Origin: an uncultured Lachnospiraceae bacterium
GTDB lineage: Bacteria; Bacillota; Clostridia; Oscillospirales; CAG-272
DNA: 39,128 nucleotides
NCBI GenBank assembly: GCA_964579105.1
Contig: CAZOFQ010000003.1
Span: forward strand, 1 to 39,128
Direction: 5' to 3'
Made by a program: the position numbers and the translations under genes. Under the pieces are notes generated by a model. The model saw nothing but the letters and a program-made list of their open reading frames with translations, did no database searches and was not told the DNA's origin. The first letter of the stretch is position 1. Each line of letters starts with the position of its first letter. Of this stretch, positions 33,421-39,128 are shown piece by piece.

Positions 33421-34586
33421 GTGAAGCTCGCTCCGTGTTTTTTGCACGCCCCCGCGAACGCGTAGAGGGAAGGGGCGGCATTGACGGCGTATTTTTACTG
33501 TTGGTGCTGTTGCTTCTTCTGTTCGGCGCGGTCATGTCCTTTAGTGCCAGCGCCGTATATGCGGAGCAGTTTTACGGAGACAGTGCTTACTTTTTTAAGC
33601 GTTATTTGCTCTTTGCGTTACTGTCTGTTGGGGCAACGGTTCCGTTTGTGCTGTTTGCAAAGCCCGCGTTCTGGCGTGCTTTCGGCGTCGGGCTTTATGT
33701 AATTTCCGTTTTTTTACTGGTACTCGTTCTATTGATAGGAACGGTGGGCGGCGGCGCACAGCGGTGGCTGGTGCTTGGCCCCATAACCGTGCAGCCCTCG
33801 GAGATCGCCAAAACGGCGCTGGTGTTAACGCTGGCGCTGCTATTGACAAAGCATGAGGACAAGGTCACCTCCCTCAAGCGTCGCGGCGGTAGCTTTCGCT
33901 ACGGTGTACTGATGCCGGGCGGCTTGATCGTTTTGATCTGCTTATTGGTGGCGGCGGAGAAGCACATTTCGGGCCTTTTGATCATCGGTATGCTTGGCGT
34001 GATCGTTATGTTTCTCGGGGGGACGCGCGTGCGCTATCTTGCATGTATGGCGGGTGTTGTTGTCGCTGCGGGATGCTTGCTGATCCTGGTATCCTCTTAT
34101 GCGCAGGTGCGCGTGGACACATGGCTACATATCGAGGAGGTGGACCCGCTTGGCTCTGCCTGGCAGACGTTGCAGGGGCTGTATGCCATTGGATCGGGCG
34201 GCTTTTTCGGTGTGGGACTGGGAGAGGGACGGCAAAAGCACGGTTACGTGTCTCAGCCGCAAAACGATTTTATTTTTACCGTGATTTGCGAGGAGCTGGG
34301 CTTTTTGGGCGTGTTTGCGGTGCTTTCTTTGTTTGCGTTGGTCGTGATACGCGGTTTTCGTATTGCGGCAAAAGCACCCGATAGATTCAGCGCGCTGGCG
34401 ATATGCGGCATTTGTGCCAAGCTTGGATTGCAAGCAATCTTAAACGTGGCGGTGGTTACCAATTCCATGCCCAATACGGGTGTGTCGCTCCCGTTTTTCA
34501 GCTCGGGCGGCACATTTCTTGCTATACAGATTTTTGAAATGGGGATCGTGTTGTCGCTCTCGCGCTACAGCACGCATAAGCGTTGA
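33417..34586 (+). CDS. ftsW: SEDS-family peptidoglycan glycosyltransferase FtsW/SpoVE
   Basis: 389 aa, polytopic. QPSE.AK, the LPE..TDFIF-like QPQNDFIFTVICEELG, and a NTG.SLPF.S.GG C-terminus. GTG 33417 overlaps the mraY TGA (GTGA). GGGGAGG RBS. Confidence 0.9.
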   Translation: MSEARSVFFARPRERVEGRGGIDGVFLLLVLLLLLFGAVMSFSASAVYAEQFYGDSAYFFKRYLLFALLSVGATVPFVLFAKPAFWRAFGVGLYVISVFLLVLVLLIGTVGGGAQRWLVLGPITVQPSEIAKTALVLTLALLLTKHEDKVTSLKRRGGSFRYGVLMPGGLIVLICLLVAAEKHISGLLIIGMLGVIVMFLGGTRVRYLACMAGVVVAAGCLLILVSSYAQVRVDTWLHIEEVDPLGSAWQTLQGLYAIGSGGFFGVGLGEGRQKHGYVSQPQNDFIFTVICEELGFLGVFAVLSLFALVVIRGFRIAAKAPDRFSALAICGICAKLGLQAILNVAVVTNSMPNTGVSLPFFSSGGTFLAIQIFEMGIVLSLSRYSTHKR

Positions 34587-34587
34587 T

Positions 34588-35721
34588 ATGAAGGTGATCT
34601 TAACTTGCGGCGGCACGGGCGGGCATATTACCCCCGCGCTTGCCATTGCGGATATAATACGGGAAAACCGTCCGCATGCGGAAATTCTCTTTATCGGTGC
34701 ATATGGTGGAATGGAAAAGGAAATGGTGGAGCGTGCGGGATATTCTATTCGTCAGCTTTCTGTTCGCGGGCTTTCCCGAAGCTTGACATTGGCAAATTTA
34801 AAAACCTTATGGATGGCACACACGGCAGCAAGAGAAGCGAGGAATATTTTGCTTGAATTTTCCCCCGACATCGTGATCGGAACAGGCGGTTATGCCTCCT
34901 ATCCCGCCCTGCGCGCGGCGATCGCGTGCGGTATTCCGTGCGCGGTGCATGAGTCGAATGCGGTTGCGGGGCTTGCCGTTAAACGCCTTTCGGGAAGGCT
35001 TTCGCGCGTGTGGTTGAATTTTGAGGATGCGGCACGGGATCTCCCTAAGGGAAGCAAGGTGCTTACGGTGGGGAATCCGCTGCCGCGCGGGTACGCTGTG
35101 CCAAAGCCCGCTTGCTTGCCGCAGGGAAGCGAAAGGATGATCCTTTCCTTCGGAGGGAGTCTTGGGGCGACACGGATCAATCAAGCCGTATTGGAGATGA
35201 TGGAGCTGGAAAGGAAGCAGTGGGGGATTTTTCACCTGCACGCTACGGGAAAGCGGGAATACGAGCAGGTGAAAAACGAGTTTTGCAAAAGAGAGCTGGA
35301 TAAAAGCGCTCATTTTCGCCTCGTTCCTTTTTTATCGGATATGCCGGAGCAAATGGCGGCGGCGGATCTGGTGATCTGTCGGGCGGGAGCTATGAGCATC
35401 AGTGAGATCGCCGCACTCGGACGTCCCTCGATCTTGATCCCTTCACCGAACGTGACCGGGAATCATCAGTATAAAAACGCTATGGCACTGGCAAAAAAAG
35501 AGGCGGCGATCTGCATGCAAGAATCGGAATTGACAGGGGAAGGACTTTGGGCGGAAGCGCAAAGGATTCTTGCGGACGGAATGATGCAAAAAAGAATCTC
35601 GGCATCCGTTCGTCAATTCCATAACGCAAACGTGAACGCTGTTCTTTATGCGGATATTTGCCGCTTGTGTCAAAAAAAGCAGAAAAAAGAGGGATATAGC
35701 CCCCACTTTTCCGTTTTTTGA
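34588..35721 (+). CDS. murG: undecaprenyldiphospho-muramoylpentapeptide beta-N-acetylglucosaminyltransferase
   Basis: ATG 34588, one nt after the ftsW TGA. The listed 34480 start lies inside ftsW. GGTGGHI.PALA, GGSLGA, RAGA....E and NHQ..NA motifs. Lysine-rich C-terminal tail. Confidence 0.92.
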   Translation: MKVILTCGGTGGHITPALAIADIIRENRPHAEILFIGAYGGMEKEMVERAGYSIRQLSVRGLSRSLTLANLKTLWMAHTAAREARNILLEFSPDIVIGTGGYASYPALRAAIACGIPCAVHESNAVAGLAVKRLSGRLSRVWLNFEDAARDLPKGSKVLTVGNPLPRGYAVPKPACLPQGSERMILSFGGSLGATRINQAVLEMMELERKQWGIFHLHATGKREYEQVKNEFCKRELDKSAHFRLVPFLSDMPEQMAAADLVICRAGAMSISEIAALGRPSILIPSPNVTGNHQYKNAMALAKKEAAICMQESELTGEGLWAEAQRILADGMMQKRISASVRQFHNANVNAVLYADICRLCQKKQKKEGYSPHFSVF

Positions 35722-35740
35722 ATTATTTTTTCAAAACATC

Positions 35741-35769
35741 TTGCAAAACAGGATAATTTATATTAAAAT
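35741..35769 (+). promoter_or_regulatory. putative sigma-A promoter immediately upstream of ftsZ
   Basis: TTGCAA (35741-35746), 17-nt spacer, TAAAAT (35764-35769). Confidence 0.55.
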
Positions 35770-35837
35770 ATAAGAGATATACACGAAAGAAATCCTGGCA
35801 CGAAAGCTTGTGCGTTTTAAAAAAGGGAGGAATCATC

Positions 35838-37079
35838 ATGACCTTTGAGCCCGATAATAATTTTGAAAGTGGCGTAGTGATTCGCGTGATAGGCGTTGGC
35901 GGCGGCGGTAATAATGCAGTCAACCGCATGATCGCAGCCAATATTCGCGGCGTTGAATTTGTTTCTGTAAATACCGACCGCCAGGCGCTTCGCAAATCCG
36001 AGGCTCCTGCGCAAATGGTCATTGGCGAAAAAATTACAAGAGGCTTTGGGGCGGGTGCAAACCCCGAGGTGGGCGCACGCGCGGCAGAGGAGTCCTTGGA
36101 CGAGATCAAGCAGATGCTGACGGGAGCCGACATGGTGTTCGTGGCAGCAGGCATGGGTGGCGGCACGGGAACGGGCGCAGCTCCCATCGTTGCGCGTGTT
36201 GCACATGAAATGGGCATTCTTACCGTGGGTATTGTGACAAAGCCCTTTAATTTTGAAGGTAAGCGCCGCATGACGCAGGCAGAAAACGGAATCAAGGAAT
36301 TGCGCCAATACGTAGACTCGCTCGTGGTCATTCCAAATGAAAAGCTTAATCAAGTCTCGGATACCCGCATCACCTTGGGGAACGCCTTTGAGATCGCAGA
36401 CGATGTTTTGCGTCGCGGCGTGCAAAGTATTTCCGAGCTGATCAACGTCCCCGGCTTTATCAACCTTGATTTTGCGGATGTCACCTCCGTGATGAAAAAT
36501 GCGGGCTACGCACATATGGGTGTTGGCGGCGCTACGGGTCCCGAAAAGGCAGAGCGCGCAGCAGCTGCGGCTATTACAAGCCCGTTGCTGGAAACCTCTA
36601 TTCACGGTGCAAGGGGAATCCTGATCAGCATCACGGCTTCGCGCGACGTTGGTCTGGAGGATGTGGATCTCGCATCTTCCATGATCTCTAAGGAGGCGCA
36701 TCCCGATGCCAACGTGATCTGGGGGCTTGCCTTTGATGACAGCTTGGATGACGAAATGCGCGTTACCATTATTGCCACAGGCTTTGAAAGAGATCTTGAG
36801 CAGGCGGAGGATATTTTGCCGAATTTTGCACCCGCAAAGGCGCAGACGCCTGTCGAAGCACTAGCACCCACGGTGCAGGAGGCTCAAAGGGAGCAGCCCA
36901 CCACGCAGGAGACCGCAGAGCAGGAACAAGCACCCGCAGTACAACCACAGCAGCTGCAGGAGCCCGTTGTGACTCACGCCCCCGCCTTTAATACGGCAGA
37001 GGAGGAAACGGATGACCGCGATGATTTTGACCGTATTATGAATCTCTTTCGCTCCAAGGCGCAACGCGACGAATTTTAA
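35838..37079 (+). CDS. ftsZ: cell division protein FtsZ
   Basis: ATG 35838 after GGGAGG. GVGGGGNNAVNRM, GGGTGTGAAP (tubulin signature), NLDFADV, disordered P/Q/E-rich linker, and a conserved C-terminal peptide DDFDRIMNLFR. Confidence 0.95.
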   Translation: MTFEPDNNFESGVVIRVIGVGGGGNNAVNRMIAANIRGVEFVSVNTDRQALRKSEAPAQMVIGEKITRGFGAGANPEVGARAAEESLDEIKQMLTGADMVFVAAGMGGGTGTGAAPIVARVAHEMGILTVGIVTKPFNFEGKRRMTQAENGIKELRQYVDSLVVIPNEKLNQVSDTRITLGNAFEIADDVLRRGVQSISELINVPGFINLDFADVTSVMKNAGYAHMGVGGATGPEKAERAAAAAITSPLLETSIHGARGILISITASRDVGLEDVDLASSMISKEAHPDANVIWGLAFDDSLDDEMRVTIIATGFERDLEQAEDILPNFAPAKAQTPVEALAPTVQEAQREQPTTQETAEQEQAPAVQPQQLQEPVVTHAPAFNTAEEETDDRDDFDRIMNLFRSKAQRDEF

Positions 37080-37092
37080 TTTCCATACATAG

Positions 37093-37128
37093 CAAAAGGA
37101 CGATGCAGAATTCTGCATCGTCCTTTTG
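37093..37128. terminator. bidirectional intrinsic terminator (ftsZ / alaS)
   Basis: 36-nt perfect palindrome CAAAAGGACGATGCAGAATTCTGCATCGTCCTTTTG. The A/T runs inside the stem ends serve both strands. Confidence 0.85.
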
Positions 37129-37151
37129 CCTGTGGATGAAACGATAGGGAA

Positions 37152-39128
37152 TTATTTCAATTGCGCGGCAAGAAGCTCGCTTGCGGCATCGAGCGCTTCG
37201 CCTACCTTTGCTACTTCGCGTCCGCCTGCCATGGCGTTGTCGGGGCGTCCGCCGCCCTTGCCGCCCGTTACGGCAGCGACCGCACCAACCAGCTTTCCTG
37301 CGTGAGCACCTACGGCAACGGCGTCCTTTCCTGCAACTGCAAGGAATTTGATATCGGCGCCGTTCACGGTAGCGATCACGGCAACGGTATCGGCGCACTC
37401 TGCCTTGATCTCATCGGCAAGGCTGCGTGCAACCTCGGTCTGCATACCGTCAAAGCGTGCAACGGCAAGGCGTACGGCGCCGATCGTTACCGCGTTTTTG
37501 AGCAGATCGTCGCGCTTGGAGGATGCGAGCTTGGCATTAAGAGACTCCAACTCGCGGCGCGTAGCCTTCAGCTCCTCCTGCAATTGCAGGGCGCGCTTTG
37601 CCACGTCGCTTGTATTTTGCGCCTTGAGTGCGTCAGCAGTATCGGTCAGCAGCTGATCCTTGGCATCCAACAGATGCAACACGCCAAGACCTGTGCATGC
37701 CTCGATGCGGCGTACGCCTGCGGCAACGGAGGTTTCGGAGACGATCTTGAACAGTCCGATGCGTGCGGTGTTGTCAATATGCGTGCCACCGCACAGCTCG
37801 GTAGAGAAGTTCCCCATGCGGACCACGCGCACGGTTTTTCCGTATTTTTCACCGAACAATGCCATTGCGCCGAGCTTTTTGGCTTCGTCAAGCGGCATTT
37901 CGGTCATGGTGATGGGCAGTCCTGCGAAAATGTGAGCATTGACCACTCCCTCTACCTTTGCGATCTCCTCCCTTGTAAGGGCGGCAAAGTGCGTGAAGTC
38001 AAAGCGGCACTTGTCGCTGTCAACCAAAGAGCCTGCCTGCTCTACGTGAGAGCCGAGGACCTGGCGCAGCGCAGCCTGCAGAAGGTGTGCCACGGAGTGA
38101 TTGCGCGCAATTGCTTCGCGGCGTGCATCGTTGATGCGAGCACAAACGCTGTCACCTACGTGCAGCGTGCCGTTTACCACGCTGCAAAGATGCAGATAAA
38201 TACCGTCGGTTTTCTTGGTGTCACGTACGGAAAGCAGCAGATTTTCTGCGTGGAGCGTGCCGCAGTCGCCAACCTGACCGCCACCCTCTCCGTAAAATAC
38301 GGTCTTGTCCAGAATAACGGTGCATTCACCCTCGCTGATCTCGTTTACGGCGCGAGTGCCATCCTCGTCCTCAACGATGATGGCAAGCACACGCGCGGCA
38401 TCGGAGCGATAGCTGTCATAGCCCTTGAAGGAGGTAACGGGGAGATCGCCCAGCAGATTTTTCGTGGCGTTGTCCCAGCCGCTTACGTTGCCGCGTGCGG
38501 CACGGGCGCGCTCGCGCTGTGCGGTCATCAGCTTTTTAAAGGCTTCCTCATCCAGCCCCAGATGGTTTTCTGCCAGGATCTCCTTGGTCAGATCAAGCGG
38601 GAAGCCGAAGGTGTCGTAAAGCTTAAAGACGTCCTCGCCGAGGATGGAGTTCTTGCCGCTTGTAATGGCGTCCTTTACAAGACCCGAGAGGATGGAGAGA
38701 CCTGCGTCGATGGTGGCGTCAAAGCGTTCCTCCTCCATAAAAATGACCTTGAGGATGTACTCCTGCTTTTCGGCAAGCTCGGGGTAAGCGTCCTTGTTTT
38801 CCCCGATGGCAACGACGCACAGCTCGGCAAGGAAGGGGCGGTTGATGCCCAAAAGCTTGCCGTGGCGGCAGGCACGGCGAATGATGCGGCGCAATACGTA
38901 TCCGCGTCCCTCGTTGGAGGGGATCACGCCGTCGGCGATCATAAACATAGAGCTCTTGATATGGTCGGTGCATACGCGGATGGAAACGTCGTTATCCTTG
39001 TCAGCCCCGTAGGTTTTACCGGCAATTTGGCAAACGGTGTCAAGGATCTTGCGGATGGTGTCTACCTCGAACATGTTGTCAACGCCCTGCATGACGCACG
39101 CAAGGCGCTCCAGACCCATTCCCGTATC
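37152..39128 (-). CDS. alaS: alanine--tRNA ligase, N-terminus outside the window
   Basis: The ORF is open to the window edge, and its last visible codons read DTGMGLERL, a conserved class II AlaRS block. Editing-domain HxxxH/CxxxH context (HSVAHLLQAAL, ELCGGTH) and a C-terminal DHHA1-like GGKGGGRPD.A. Confidence 0.93.
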   Translation of the reverse strand, partial: DTGMGLERLACVMQGVDNMFEVDTIRKILDTVCQIAGKTYGADKDNDVSIRVCTDHIKSSMFMIADGVIPSNEGRGYVLRRIIRRACRHGKLLGINRPFLAELCVVAIGENKDAYPELAEKQEYILKVIFMEEERFDATIDAGLSILSGLVKDAITSGKNSILGEDVFKLYDTFGFPLDLTKEILAENHLGLDEEAFKKLMTAQRERARAARGNVSGWDNATKNLLGDLPVTSFKGYDSYRSDAARVLAIIVEDEDGTRAVNEISEGECTVILDKTVFYGEGGGQVGDCGTLHAENLLLSVRDTKKTDGIYLHLCSVVNGTLHVGDSVCARINDARREAIARNHSVAHLLQAALRQVLGSHVEQAGSLVDSDKCRFDFTHFAALTREEIAKVEGVVNAHIFAGLPITMTEMPLDEAKKLGAMALFGEKYGKTVRVVRMGNFSTELCGGTHIDNTARIGLFKIVSETSVAAGVRRIEACTGLGVLHLLDAKDQLLTDTADALKAQNTSDVAKRALQLQEELKATRRELESLNAKLASSKRDDLLKNAVTIGAVRLAVARFDGMQTEVARSLADEIKAECADTVAVIATVNGADIKFLAVAGKDAVAVGAHAGKLVGAVAAVTGGKGGGRPDNAMAGGREVAKVGEALDAASELLAAQLK

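Noticed and set aside
34480-34587. Upstream extensions of several listed ORFs: murG (34480), ABC ATPase (to 5729), PBP (27245), sigG (4119), P-loop gene (13146), ftsZ (35808, TTG), rsmH (25560), the ftsL-like gene (26528), and the membrane protein (to 14430).
   Set aside because: In each case the extension overlaps the upstream gene, a terminator or a promoter. An internal ATG or GTG with a good Shine-Dalgarno at 6-9 nt gives an N-terminus that matches the family, for example MKVILTCGGTGGH for MurG and MTFEP...GVGGGG for FtsZ.
1-39128. I looked for mobile elements, prophage or defence islands, CRISPR arrays, tRNA/rRNA/tmRNA, riboswitches and T-boxes in all intergenic regions. The longest are 24890-25128, 8054-8230, 16161-16332, 13061-13208 and 14416-14557.
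   Set aside because: There are no transposase, integrase or recombinase ORFs, no terminal inverted repeats or direct-repeat arrays, and no cloverleaf-capable segments. All gaps are under 240 nt and are accounted for by promoters, leaders and terminators. The alaS T-box or leader, if any, lies beyond the window end.

Overview
This 39.1-kb chromosomal segment is from a moderately GC-rich (by eye), endospore-forming Firmicute, Clostridia-like (sigG, SpoVD/PBP2B-type PBP, SpoVE/FtsW, DacB/DacF-type carboxypeptidase). I call 33 CDS and find no rRNA, tRNA, CRISPR array, transposase, integrase or large repeat. Gene order: M16 peptidase (5' partial)-lgt-folD; a membrane protein (-); DUF1653; sigG; a minus-strand operon of a Crp/Fnr regulator plus NitT/TauT-type ABC importer (SBP, permease, ATPase); galM-nahK; a D-Ala-D-Ala carboxypeptidase; pgi; a 135-aa orphan P-loop protein; an unknown polytopic membrane protein (-); an M14 peptidase; mecA (-); an XPD/DinG-type Fe-S helicase with an N-terminal PD-(D/E)XK-like module; an aminotransferase; a TIGR01212 radical SAM protein; a 1195-aa secreted protein with two lamin-tail-like modules; a compact dcw cluster (mraZ-rsmH-ftsL-like-PBP-murE-murF-mraY-ftsW-murG-ftsZ); and alaS (-, partial). 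Most transcription units have near-consensus sigma-A promoters and clear intrinsic terminators, so operon boundaries can be read from the sequence. Most of the window is ordinary housekeeping, and I see no canonical defence or mobile system. The loci most worth a second look are: (1) the monocistronic lamin-tail-domain giant secreted protein just upstream of the dcw cluster; (2) the nuclease-helicase fusion; (3) the Crp-regulator/ABC operon with a perfect 16-bp CRP-architecture palindrome on its predicted transcription start; (4) the orphan mini P-loop protein; (5) regulatory structure in the dcw cluster (10-bp-phased AGG repeat array after the promoter, an internal terminator, missing murD/ftsQ/ftsA, an oversized FtsL-slot protein). 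All family assignments rest on motif recognition and memory of reference sequences. No searches were run.
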